From Terriglobia bacterium (GTDB taxonomy: Bacteria > Acidobacteriota > Terriglobia > 20CM-2-55-15): a DNA stretch of 64,000 nt. The stretch is from contig CBDAOY010000004.1 of the NCBI GenBank assembly GCA_965198225.1, forward strand, positions 96,001 through 160,000. Reading direction: 5' to 3'. Below, one piece after another: positions 54,282-64,000 of the stretch. Within the stretch, counting starts at the first letter, position 1; each line of letters starts with the position of its first letter. The position numbers and the translations under genes were made by a program. Under the pieces are notes generated by a model that saw only the letters and a list, made by a program, of their open reading frames with translations, was not told where the DNA came from and searched no databases.

Positions 54282-54749
54282 GTGTGCCACGAGCACTGAC
54301 GGGCGCAAGTCGGGTCAGTGCGCAACTGTTTCACTGATGAGGGAGGGCCCCTCGGAGCCGGCGTGCAGGAGCCGGCTTCAAACCACCTTCGGTGGCTGTG
54401 GTTAAAAGCCATGGTCGTGAGCGCAGAAGGAAAAGGCCCGGGAAGAACCGGGTCAGGTGGCTGGCAAGAAGAGGACCGCAAGGGAATCACTGATGACGTG
54501 TCGAAAGCGTAGGGACGATGTCAGAACCGTGGGGAGTCATTACCGCGGGATCAGTTCAGACGAGAATCTGCTTACGGGCTGAGCGGCATCCGGCATAAAG
54601 GTGGCCTGAGCTTGTCGAGAGGCGGTGAAACGGAACGTGGGAACCTGAGATTCCGATGCTAACGGAGACGCCACAAGTGGAAGAACCACGAGGGCCAGAG
54701 TACGAACCATCCTGGCTCGCGGAGTCTCAGGGGCGGAATGGCCCGTAGT
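54282..54749 (+). mobile_element. Group II intron C (class D-like), 5' part up to domain III
   Basis: GTGTG start directly after intron B; shares CTGATGACGTGTCGAAAGCGTAGGGACG with B; EBS1 AGTCAT at 54535-54540. Confidence 0.85.
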
Positions 54750-55331
54750 GCGTGCCTGGCAGCACGCGTTTCCGGCGGGTTAAAGTCCCGCTCGGCCCGA
54801 GGCCACGGGTCGATATCCAACAAGTGGGGGTAATGCCTCACTGGCCGGAGTGTAGGCAGGTATGGCAAATGCCTAAACGGGCACGAAGGCGAAAGCCGGA
54901 CACGGACAAGGCAAAGCTGGAGCCACCTACGGAAACTTTGGAGGGCAGGGCGCCCACCGCGAGGTGGGGTCTGAAGGGCATGAGGAGAACCACCGGGTCG
55001 TAATCGACGGGAGCCATCCCGAGGATGAACCGGTCGGCCAAAGATGGGGAATGGTCGAGCCCGCACTATTGGGGCGAAGGCGCATTGGTTCCACCCCATC
55101 GCACCAAGGTGTGTGCGGGCGACACGGTGGGGAAGAGACGCGAGTGACCCAGGGAGGCCTGGTATCGTCCGAGCGGAAGGTAAGGTCGAGATGATGTGGC
55201 ACCCAAGGCAGACGAAAGGGCGGGCAACCGAGAAGACAAACATCGACCTAGAGCCCTGCGCGGTAGGTGCGGATATAAGCGAGAGCGAAATTCCGGCCGA
55301 CGCGGTGTCAGGAATCGGATCGGGGAATAGT
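54750..55331 (+). mobile_element. ORF-less intron, variant copy, 5' part up to its own domain III
   Basis: Paralog of ~55332-55910 with about ten differences; broken at GGAATAGT|. Confidence 0.85.
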
Positions 55332-56235
55332 GCGTGCCTGGCAGCACGCGTTTCCGGCGGGTTAAAGTCCCGCTCGGCCCGAGGCCACGGGTCGATATCC
55401 AACAAGTGGGGGTAATGCCTCACTGGCCGAAGTGTAGACAGGTAGTGCAGATGCCTAAACGGGCACGAAGGCGAAAGCCGGATACGGCCAAGGCAAAGCT
55501 GGAGCCAGCTACGGAAACTTTGGAGGGCAGGGCGCCCACCGCGAGGTGGGGTCTGAAGGGCATGAGGAGAACCACCGGGTCGTAATCGACGGGAGCCATC
55601 CCGAGGATGAACCGGTCGGCCAAAGATGGGGAATGGTCGAGCCCGCACTATTGGGGCGAAGGCGCATTGGTTCCACCCCATCGCACCAAGGTGTGTGCGG
55701 GCGACACGGTGGAGAAGAGACGCGAGTGACCCAGGGAGGCCTGGTATCGTCCGAGCGGAAGGTAAGGTCGAGATGATGTGGCACCCGCAGACGAAAGGGC
55801 GGGCAACCGAGAAGACAAACATCGACCTAGAGCCCTGCGCGGTAGGTGCGGATATAAGCGAGAGCGAAATTCCGGCCGACGCGGTGTCAGGAATCGGATC
55901 GGGGAATAGTACTCAGGAACGAGACGGCAAACATAAGGTCTCGGATCGTTGCTTCGAGCAGCGGCGCTGGCGGGTCCAAAAGGCCCGTTGGAGGGGGAAG
56001 TCCCCGTACTCAGTCGTGAATGTGCGAGCGATGGGAAACGCGGAGATATCGTGGAATTGGATAGTTCCCTTAGCGAAAGACCCAAACGCGGTACGAACGA
56101 AGCCGCCACCTGCCGCCACACAGCGAATTCCGAACGAGGAGCAACTGAGGAAAGCGGCTTGCGGGAAAACCGCACGAGCCGTTTGATTGAGCGGACGGTG
56201 GAAGGGCCGATCGGCCCGACCACTTTCGACTCTAC
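55332..56235 (+). mobile_element. ORF-less group II intron, complete (~0.9 kb)
   Basis: GCGTG start, domain V at 56151-56184, end GACTCTAC, no RT; EBS1 ACTATT at 55647-55652. Confidence 0.87.
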
Positions 56236-57771
56236 ACTCCGAGGTCGGGAGAGCCGATCACATGGGGAAGCGGCCAGCAGAAGTGGACTCGTTCTTGGGA
56301 AACATGAGCTCCATGCAACGGGAGGATACGGTCCTCTATGCAACGAGAGGAACAACCAGTCATGGAAACGAAACTGGAACGAATAGCGGCGAAAGCTCGG
56401 AGTGAGCCAAAGCTCCGGTTCACGTCACTGGCGCATCATGTCACCCGAGAGCGTGTGTGGAAGAACCTGTGTCAAGTGCCCCGCAACACGGCTCCCGGAT
56501 GTGATGGTCAGAGGGTACCGGAGGCGAAGGAGGAATTCGGAGTCTGGGTGGAGCCAATGCTCCAGTCTGTTCACCAGAAGGGATATCGCGCTCCGCCGAT
56601 TCGGCGGGTGTATATCCCCAAGCCCGGCAAGCAGGAGAAACGTCCCCTGGGCGTGCCCTGTGTTCAAGATCGGGCCCTTCAGCGCAGCGTGGCCGAGGTA
56701 TTGGTCGCCATCTACGAGCAGGACTTCTTGCCCTGTTCCTTTGGTGGCCGGCCTGGGCTGGGCGCCCACAATGCACTGGCAACCCTCCATGAGGTGATTT
56801 CCGGATGCAAGGTGAGTTGGGTGTTGGAGGCGGACTTGAAGAACTTTTTCGGGAGTTTAGACCATGGATGGCTACTCCGCTTTGTGGAGCATCGAGTCGG
56901 AGATCCGCGGATCATCAGTCTGATACGACGATGGTTAAAGGCGGGCGTTTTCGAAGACGGGGAATTGCATTCGAACGAAGAGGGAACCCCGCAAGGTGGG
57001 TCGATCAGCGTTCTGCTGAGCAATCTGTACCTGCATTATGTGCTTGACCTGTGGTTTGACCGGATGGTCCGGCCACGCCTGAAGGGTGAAGCGTATCTGG
57101 TGCGGTACATCGACGACTTTGTCGTGTGTTTCCAATATCGGGACGATGCGCTTCGTTTCCAGAACGTTCTGCGCAAGCGACTGGGAAAGTTTGGACTGGT
57201 TCCGGAGCCGACCAAGACGAAGCTCGTCGAATTCGGCCGCTATGCCCAGCGCGATGTCGTCCGGCGCGGGAGAAAACGTCCAGAGACGATCTATTTTCTG
57301 GGCATGACCCTGTACTGTACGCGTAATCGCAAAGGCAATTTTAGAGTGGGACTGCGAACAGAGAAGTCTCGACTTCGACGCAGTCTGGCTCATCTACGCG
57401 GCGTGATGAGGCGAATGCGTCACTTGCCGGTCCGGGAGCAAGTGCACAATCTGAACCGAGTCTTGCGCGGGCACTACGCCTACTATGGCATTGCCGGGAA
57501 CCTCCGGGCTCTGCAGCACGTCGCTCGGGCCGTGGAACGTTACTGGCGCCAAATGCTCAGCAGTCGTAGTCGTGCAGGCTTCGTCCGGTGGGAAGTATTC
57601 AACCGGATTCAGCTGCACTTTCCGTTACAGCGTCCCAAGTTGGCTCTCCGCTATCGGGAGTTCCAGTCTCTCGCTGTGCTGTAAATCCAATTCTGAAGAG
57701 CGCAGTGCGGGAAATCCGCACGCTGCGTTCTGTGGGAGCCGGAGGCGGGCAACTGCCTCCGGCCACCCGGT
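56236..57771 (+). mobile_element. Class E-like intron, 3' part (domain III to end)
   Basis: Resumes ACTCCGAGG; domain V GAGCGCAGTGCGGGAAATCCGCACGCTGCGTTC; end CACCCGGT. Confidence 0.85.
56338..57684 (+). CDS. ltrA: Group II intron RT/maturase (class E-like)
   Basis: RFTSLAHH, RPLGVP, GTPQGG, RYIDDF. Confidence 0.95.
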   Translation: MQREEQPVMETKLERIAAKARSEPKLRFTSLAHHVTRERVWKNLCQVPRNTAPGCDGQRVPEAKEEFGVWVEPMLQSVHQKGYRAPPIRRVYIPKPGKQEKRPLGVPCVQDRALQRSVAEVLVAIYEQDFLPCSFGGRPGLGAHNALATLHEVISGCKVSWVLEADLKNFFGSLDHGWLLRFVEHRVGDPRIISLIRRWLKAGVFEDGELHSNEEGTPQGGSISVLLSNLYLHYVLDLWFDRMVRPRLKGEAYLVRYIDDFVVCFQYRDDALRFQNVLRKRLGKFGLVPEPTKTKLVEFGRYAQRDVVRRGRKRPETIYFLGMTLYCTRNRKGNFRVGLRTEKSRLRRSLAHLRGVMRRMRHLPVREQVHNLNRVLRGHYAYYGIAGNLRALQHVARAVERYWRQMLSSRSRAGFVRWEVFNRIQLHFPLQRPKLALRYREFQSLAVL

Positions 57772-57880
57772 GCGACTGGAAACGAAGCCACGGCGAGGAG
57801 TGAGGCACCGGAATCGGCGAAAGCCACCGGCAACAGCTACCCCCTTTGCCTACCGCCACCGCGCCAGTCGTCGACTCTAC
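57772..57880 (+). mobile_element. Orphan domain VI and 3' end of an outer group II intron
   Basis: GCGACTGG...CCAGTCGT stem ending CGACTCTAC. Confidence 0.75.
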
Positions 57881-60800
57881 AACGGATGGGTTGAAGTTCT
57901 GGGTACAGGGCGCGTTACAGGTTTTCTCGCATACTCGGAATCCAATGCCGGCGGTGTTGCCGTCGTTCCGGTCCAGAATCAACCCGGCCCGCGACTCCTA
58001 TTCGGGCACATCGCTGCGCGCGTTCCATGGTCGACCGGTATAGCGGTCCTGAACGCGACAGCGACGGACACAGTCGTCGAGTTTTTTGCCATCACACCCG
58101 GCGGCGCCTTGATGGGCGGTCCCGAAGAGTCACCGCTTGCCCGCGTCGAACTTCCCTCAGGAACCAAAATTGCCAAGCTCATCAATGAATTGATACCGAA
58201 CACAGAGGGCCTAGTGGCGGACGGGGGCTTCGTCTATGCCCGAACGACGAATGATGTCGAGATCTATGGAATCGAACTGTTTTTCCTCCGCAACCTCTTT
58301 GTCTTCTCCAACGTGTCTGCGGACATCAGCATTCCGTTCGAACCGCCCGTAAGAAACCTCCCGATGCCGATGGACGGGACGTTGACGCCGGGCGACCTGC
58401 TGGCGGGGACGATCGACGCGCCGGGCGAGGTCGACGTGGTGACCCTGGCTGGGCAGACCAACGACAGAATCGTGTTGACGTTGGTCGAGACGACGGACTG
58501 GGGCGGCTTCCTCGGGGCGAATGATGTGCAGGCGACGCTGTTTGCGCCGAGCGGCGCCGAGCTCGAGGTGTTCGATTCGGACAGCCAGCAGCAGTTCACG
58601 CTCGCGGAGACGGGCGTCTACGTCATCCAGGTGAATGCGAACAACCTGGTCAGCACGGGGTCGTACACGCTGGGGCTGGAGCGGCTCGACCCGGTGGGGC
58701 CGCTCGACGGGACCTTGACGCCGGGCGACCTGCTGGCGGGGGCGATCGACGCGCCGGGCGAGGTCGACGTGGTGACCCTGGCTGGGCAGACCAACGACAG
58801 AATCGTGTTGACGTTGGTCGAGACGACGGACTGGGGCGGCTTCCTCGGGACGAATGATGCGCAGGCGACGCTGTTTGCGCCGAGCGGCGCCGAGCTCGAG
58901 GTGTTCGAATCGGACAGCCAGCAGCAGTTCACGCTCGCGGAGACGGGCGTCTACGTCATCCAGGTGAATGCGAACAACCTGGTCAGCGCCGGGTCGTACA
59001 CCCTGGGCCTGGAGCGGCTCCACCCGTTGGGGCCGCTTGACGGGACGTTGACGCCGGGCAACCTGCTGGCGGGGGCGATCGACGCGCCGGGCAAGGTCGA
59101 CGTGGTGACCCTGGCTGGGCAGACCAACGACAGAATCGTGTTGACGTTGGTCGAGACGACGAACTGGGGCGGCTCCTTCGGGGCGAATGATGTGCAGGTG
59201 ACGCTGTTTGCGCCGAGCGGTGCCGAGCTGGGGGTGTTCGATTCGGACAGCCAGCAGCAGTTCACGCTCGCGGAGTCAGGCGTCTACGTCATCCAGGTGA
59301 ACGCGAACAACCTGGTCAGCATCGGGTCGTACGCCGTGGGGCTGGAGCGGCTCCACCCGGTGGGGCCGCTGGACGGGACGTTGACGGTGGGCGACCTGCT
59401 GGCGGGGGCGATCGACGCGCCGGGCGAGGTCGACGTGGTGACCCTGACTGGGCAGACCAACGACATAATCGTGGTGACGTTGGTCGAGACAGGGGCGAAT
59501 GATGTGCATGCGAGGCTGATTGCGCCGAGCGGCGCGGAGCTCGGGGTGTTCGCGGACGTCGGGCAGCAGTTCACGCTCGGGGAGACGGGCGTCTACATCA
59601 TCCAGGTGAGCACGAACGACCTGATCAGCACGGGGTCGTACACCCTGGGGCTGGAGCGGCTCGACGCGGCCTGTAGCGCAAGCCGGCCTTGCTTTACCGA
59701 CGTGACCGCGCAGGCCGGCCTCCTTCAAGGCCCGCCGCCGGATGGCCTGCCGTTCGCCCAGGTGACCGACGTCATGACCGGAGCCGCCGCCGCCGGGGAC
59801 ATTGATAATGACGGCAACGTAGATTTGTATGTATCCCGAATCGATGCCCTCGATTCACTCTATCGAAACAAAGGCGATGGAACGTTCGAGGACATTGCGA
59901 CCGCTTCCGGTATCAATCGCGGCAGCAATTCCAACGGGGCCGCCTTCGGCGACATCGACAACGATGGCGACCTGGACTTATACGTAACCGCCGTGTCGTC
60001 CGCCGAACGAGGCACCCAAACTAGATTCTATTTGTATGTCAATGACGGCCGTGGCAATTTCAGTGAAGAAGCGATTAGTCGCGGTGCGGCGATTGCAGGC
60101 GCCGATGCACATCAGGGCTGGAGCGTGGCGTTCGGGGACTACGACAGTGACGGATACTTGGACATCCACGTCTGCGAATGGCGACTGGACTCCTTGAATT
60201 CCAGCGCTGCGCTGTCCAATTCGAGGCTTCTGCGGAACCTCGGCAGCGCTAATCCCGGAGCGTTTGAGGACGTCACAGTAGAGGCAGGTGTCGCTCTCGA
60301 CGCGGTCCAGGGCAAGTTGCGCGATCCGCAAAGAGGAACGTTCAGTTTCAGCTCAAACATCGTCGACATGGACGGCGACAGCCATCCAGACCTGATTATC
60401 GCGGCAGATTTCGGCGAGAGCCGCCTGTTCTGGAACAACGGGGACGGAACATTCACGGACGGCACCGCAGCCGCGGGAGTCGGTCTCGATGAGAACGGCA
60501 TGGGCTCGGCCGTCGGCGATATCAACGGTGATGGTCTCCTGGATTGGTTTGTCACGTCGATCTCAGGAGGCCTTTTACCTCCGTACACCGGTAACTTCAT
60601 GTACCTCAACAACGGCGATCGGACCTTCACTGACTATACCGAGGCGGCCGGCGTGCGGGACGGGTTCTGGGGATGGGGCGCGACTTTCCTGGACTATGAC
60701 AACGACGGCGACCTGGATCTGACGATGGTGAACGGGTTTCCGAACTCTGTGTTCAGCCTGATCTCGTGTTGCAATCCGATGCGGTTTTGGGAAAACGATG

Positions 60801-61246
60801 GGTCGGGACACTTCACGGAGATATCTCTGTCGGTAGGACTGCTTGATGCGCGACAGGGCAAGGGTATTTTGAGCTTCGATTACGACAACGACGGTGACCT
60901 TGATCTATTCGTGACGAACAATGCCAGTACGCCTGTGCTCTACAACAACGACGGTACAAACTCCGGGGACTGGCTGCGGATTGAGTTCGACCGAGAGGAG
61001 CCGTTTATTGGTGCGCGCATTGTCGTAACGGCGGAAGTTGACGGGGCCGAACAGCTACGTGTCGTGAACGCCGGCAATAACTACCTGAGCCAGAATGAGG
61101 TCACCGCGCACTTCGGCCTCGGTGTCGGCGCCCTGCCCGTGCATCACGTCAAGGTGACAATGCCTTCGGGCGAGATACGGGAGTTTCGTGACGTGCCGAG
61201 AAACACGACCTTGACGGTGCGTGCTCAAGAGCCCGGACTTCAGTAG
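57881..61246 (+). pseudogene. Large surface protein (PPC-like repeats, FG-GAP/CRTAC1, ASPIC-UnbV), 5' end lost to the intron stack
   Basis: Multiple GDIDNDGDLDL motifs, C-terminal YLSQNEVTAHFGLG; no own start codon. Confidence 0.85.
58373..59666 (+). repeat. Four intragenic 333-bp tandem repeats (last one shortened)
   Basis: Units start at 58373, 58706, 59039, 59372. Confidence 0.92.
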
Positions 61247-61279
61247 GGAAGCCATTCAGTAGGCGGCTGCGCCGCCGTC

Positions 61280-63208
61280 TCAGAATCGAAAACCGGCCGC
61301 CTGGAATGCCGGCCGGCCATCCACCAGGGTCAGGAGGATCGATTCCTCCATGTCGAGTATCCGTTCCGGATTCCGTTCCAGCTCCCGAATATCCCGAAGA
61401 TCCAACACGACGAGATCGGCGACCTTCCCCGGCTCGAGGCTACCGTTCCACTCATCGGAGTATGTGAGGTAGGCATTGTTGATGGTCATCGCCCGGAGGG
61501 CGTCTTCGATGCCGAGCGTCTCGTTCGCATTGTGAACGTCACCCCACAGGTCCCGACGGGTCAGGAGCGCGTAGAGACTGATCCAGGGGCTGTAGGGGGA
61601 GGTCCCGTAGTCCGAGCCCACGGCGACTTTGACGCCGGCCTCGACGTAGCTCCGGAAGGGCTGGAGCCGGCCCATTCGTTCCTCGCCGAGGTTCCGGGAG
61701 AAGGAACGGCCCTGGTGCCAGATGAAGGACGGGTTGACGGCGGCGATGATTCCGTTTTCTGCCATCGCGGCCAGCATGTTCGTGCCTTCTTCCTTGGGGA
61801 GGTAGGCGTGGATCACGCTCCAGCGCAGGTCCGCCTCGGGGTCCTCGGCGCGGACCCCCTCCATGAGCTTCACGTAGAGGTCCACGGTCTGACGCATCCC
61901 GAGGTCGCCTGTGGAGTGAATGTGGACTTCCCACCCCCGGTCGACGACTTCACGTAGCTGAGCCTCCCGGAGCGCGTCGTCCGCCCAGTGGTAGCCGTGA
62001 TTGGGCTCGCCCTCGATCGTTTGCCAATCCACGAAGGGTTCGCTCACCCAGGAACTGCGGGTCCCGGCTCCGCCGTCGATCTGCCACTTCGTTCCACGCC
62101 ATCGGAGGAAGCGGTCTCCCAGATTCTGGAACGGAATGGAGTCGAAGTGCGCACCGATCTCCTCCGGTGCCTGCGTGTTCCACATTCCCTCGTAAACCTG
62201 GAGGATCCTCAACTTGAGCCAGCCCCGGCGGTAGGCTTCCTGGTAGGCGCGCATCACACGGCCGCCACCCGCCGGATCGACGATGCCGGTTACGCCCAGG
62301 CGCGTCATCTCCTCGCTGCCGTAGCGGACCGCCTCCACCTGGTCATCGATGTCGGGTGCCGGAGCGCGGGCCGTCACCAGCCGGGCCGCGTTGCTCAGGA
62401 ACATCCCGGTGGGAACCTCGAGCTGGCGTGGTTGATCGTTGACGGTTACGGTCCGAGTCTCCCGGAAGATCTTGTCGTCCGGTCCGAACGATTCCGGGTC
62501 CTCGAGCCACCATTCGGGCCACGAGGAGGGATCGTCGTCCCGGATGCCCATCAGTTCGAAAGCGGCGGTGTTGACCGCAAGCCCACGGTAGACCCGATTG
62601 AGCTGCACCGGATTGTCCGGGGCGACGGCGTCGATGTCCCAACGCGTGAATGGCCGCTCGTACTTGTACTCGTCCCAACCCCGGCCGACCAGCCACTCGC
62701 CTTCGCTCGGCAGCCGGCGCTCGACCAGTTTTCTGATTTCCTCAGCCACCGCGGACACGCTCATCGCGCGCCGTAGGTCCGCCTGGAACGCCGCCTCGAT
62801 ACCCAGAAGCGAAAAGTGAAGATGCGAGTCGATGATGCCCGGGATGACGACCCGGCCGTCGAGGTCCGTGACCTCGGTGTCAGGGTCGCCGAGGGCCAGG
62901 ACCTCCTCGTCCGAGCCCACAGCCATGATCTCCGAGCCCGCGGGACTGAACCGGATGGCCAGCGCCTCGGCGATGCGGAAGTCCTCGTCCACCGTCACGA
63001 TCTGACCGTTGTGGAGAATCCGATCGGCAGTGAGCAAGGTGGCCGGGGATTGCCATCCCATTCCGACTGGGGGAAAGGCCAGCAGGATCAGGGCGCACGC
63101 GGCCGCTCCAACGTGGAGGCGCCGACGACAAGCCTGGGTGAATCGTGATCGCTGAACGCTCATACAAGACTCCTTGTCGGGGTTGCCAAGGCGGTCGGCA
63201 TTGTGCAC
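61280..63208 (-). CDS. Amidohydrolase family 3 protein
   Basis: PGIIDSHLH, IHSTGD, GSD, GSLEPGKVADLVVL. Confidence 0.92.
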   Translation of the reverse strand: MHNADRLGNPDKESCMSVQRSRFTQACRRRLHVGAAACALILLAFPPVGMGWQSPATLLTADRILHNGQIVTVDEDFRIAEALAIRFSPAGSEIMAVGSDEEVLALGDPDTEVTDLDGRVVIPGIIDSHLHFSLLGIEAAFQADLRRAMSVSAVAEEIRKLVERRLPSEGEWLVGRGWDEYKYERPFTRWDIDAVAPDNPVQLNRVYRGLAVNTAAFELMGIRDDDPSSWPEWWLEDPESFGPDDKIFRETRTVTVNDQPRQLEVPTGMFLSNAARLVTARAPAPDIDDQVEAVRYGSEEMTRLGVTGIVDPAGGGRVMRAYQEAYRRGWLKLRILQVYEGMWNTQAPEEIGAHFDSIPFQNLGDRFLRWRGTKWQIDGGAGTRSSWVSEPFVDWQTIEGEPNHGYHWADDALREAQLREVVDRGWEVHIHSTGDLGMRQTVDLYVKLMEGVRAEDPEADLRWSVIHAYLPKEEGTNMLAAMAENGIIAAVNPSFIWHQGRSFSRNLGEERMGRLQPFRSYVEAGVKVAVGSDYGTSPYSPWISLYALLTRRDLWGDVHNANETLGIEDALRAMTINNAYLTYSDEWNGSLEPGKVADLVVLDLRDIRELERNPERILDMEESILLTLVDGRPAFQAAGFRF

Positions 63209-63264
63209 CGGGTCAATCGTGTTCGCCGGGTCGGGCCCGAGCGCCAGGCCGCCGCGCGTGGAAT

Positions 63265-64000
63265 CTACTGGCTTGTCATCAATGGGCCCTTCCTCAGATG
63301 GTCGTCGAAGAACCGTTCGGCCCGCGTCCAGGCGTCGCGCAGGACAAACGCGCGGCGGAAGAAGTGGATCTCGCCAGGATAGATCACGGTCTCAAAGTCC
63401 TTGCCCAGTTTCACCAGGACGTCGATCAATCGCAGCGAATCGTGGAACGCGACGTTCGTGTCGTTGGTGCCGTGCATGACCATCAACGGCCGCTCGAGCC
63501 GGTCCATGTGTTTTACGGGCGCGGAGATGTCGTAGATCTCCGGATTTTCAACCGGCGTACCCAGGCGCGGTGTCGTGTAGCCTGCCCCGTAGGTCGCCCA
63601 GTCGACCACTCCGGCAACGTTGATCCCGCAACGCCAGAGCTCGGGATCAGTGTTGAGCGCCTGAAGCGTCATGAACCCCCCGTAGCTGAGTCCCCACACG
63701 CCGATTCTGTCCGGGTCCACGTAGTCGAGGGTCTTCAGGTAATCCGCCCCCGAAGCCACGTCGGCCGTGTCGGAAACGCCGACTCCCATGTGGACGCCCG
63801 TGGTCCATTCGCGGCTGTACCCCGAGCTTCCACGGTAGTCCGGCGTCAGGATGATGTAGCCCTGCTGCACCAGGTACTGGTGCACCGAGTAGTACATCCT
63901 GTAGGCGCCTGGGTGCCAGCCGATGTAGTTCTGATCGGAACCGGACCCGTGAATCCAGACGATCGCCGGATGTTTGCGTGTCCGATCCAGGTTCTCGGGG
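63265..64000 (-). CDS. S9 prolyl oligopeptidase, partial
   Basis: GLSYGG nucleophile, HGTNDTNV, YPGEIH. Confidence 0.92.
   Translation of the reverse strand, partial: PENLDRTRKHPAIVWIHGSGSDQNYIGWHPGAYRMYYSVHQYLVQQGYIILTPDYRGSSGYSREWTTGVHMGVGVSDTADVASGADYLKTLDYVDPDRIGVWGLSYGGFMTLQALNTDPELWRCGINVAGVVDWATYGAGYTTPRLGTPVENPEIYDISAPVKHMDRLERPLMVMHGTNDTNVAFHDSLRLIDVLVKLGKDFETVIYPGEIHFFRRAFVLRDAWTRAERFFDDHLRKGPLMTSQ

Noticed and set aside
54748-54752. GTGCG as the 5' end of the ORF-less intron
   Set aside because: Restoring the host domain III (GATAGT|ACTCC) and EBS1 ACTATT pairing require GT to belong to the exon, so the intron starts GCGTG.
54659-55822. 387-aa ORF with an internal repeat (and the 1948-2520 copy)
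   Set aside because: Antisense reading of the tandem ORF-less intron RNAs.
9845-57684. RTs as DGR, retron or CRISPR-associated RTs
   Set aside because: All are flanked by recognisable intron RNA domains; no TR/VR pair with adenine-specific differences, msr/msd or cas1 was seen.
57770-57774. GTGCG as the start of a new intron
   Set aside because: It is followed only by a domain VI stem and 3' end; better parsed as the class E-like end CCGGT plus host GCGACTGG.
58373-59666. 333-bp repeats as DGR template/variable repeats
   Set aside because: They are in-frame tandem protein domains and their differences are not adenine-specific.
57485-61246. 1253-aa ORF as a single real protein
   Set aside because: The first 132 codons overlap the RT gene and intron domains V/VI; genuine coding sequence begins at 57881.

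Overview
GC-rich bacterial accessory island saturated with mobile DNA. The gene content (Sel1 repeats, DUF1592/DUF1552 pair, FG-GAP/ASPIC surface protein, autotransporter) suggests an Acidobacteriota-like or host-associated bacterium, but this is inference only. It contains six toxin-antitoxin pairs, a type I restriction-modification locus, a decayed integrated plasmid (RepA, iterons, ParA, pilin, coupling-protein and integrase relics), and many IS, Tn3 and MITE remnants. The most striking feature is a nested stack of group II introns at 49572-57880, partly mirrored as an inverted copy at 1-2839. For each nested element, a guide sequence that reads a conserved motif of another group II intron can be seen in the DNA. 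(1) An IS1111/IS110 element has a predicted bridge-RNA target loop that matches the intron domain I site it occupies. (2) Two class D-like introns have an EBS1 that reads the YADD codons of the host RT. (3) An ORF-less intron has an EBS1 that reads the domain III AUAGU motif, including its own. (4) A class E-like intron has an EBS1 that reads GAGCG, as found at the DV/DVI junction. Intron class labels come from recalled motif similarity, not from a search. Some short scrambled duplications and indel-rich stretches may be assembly artefacts.
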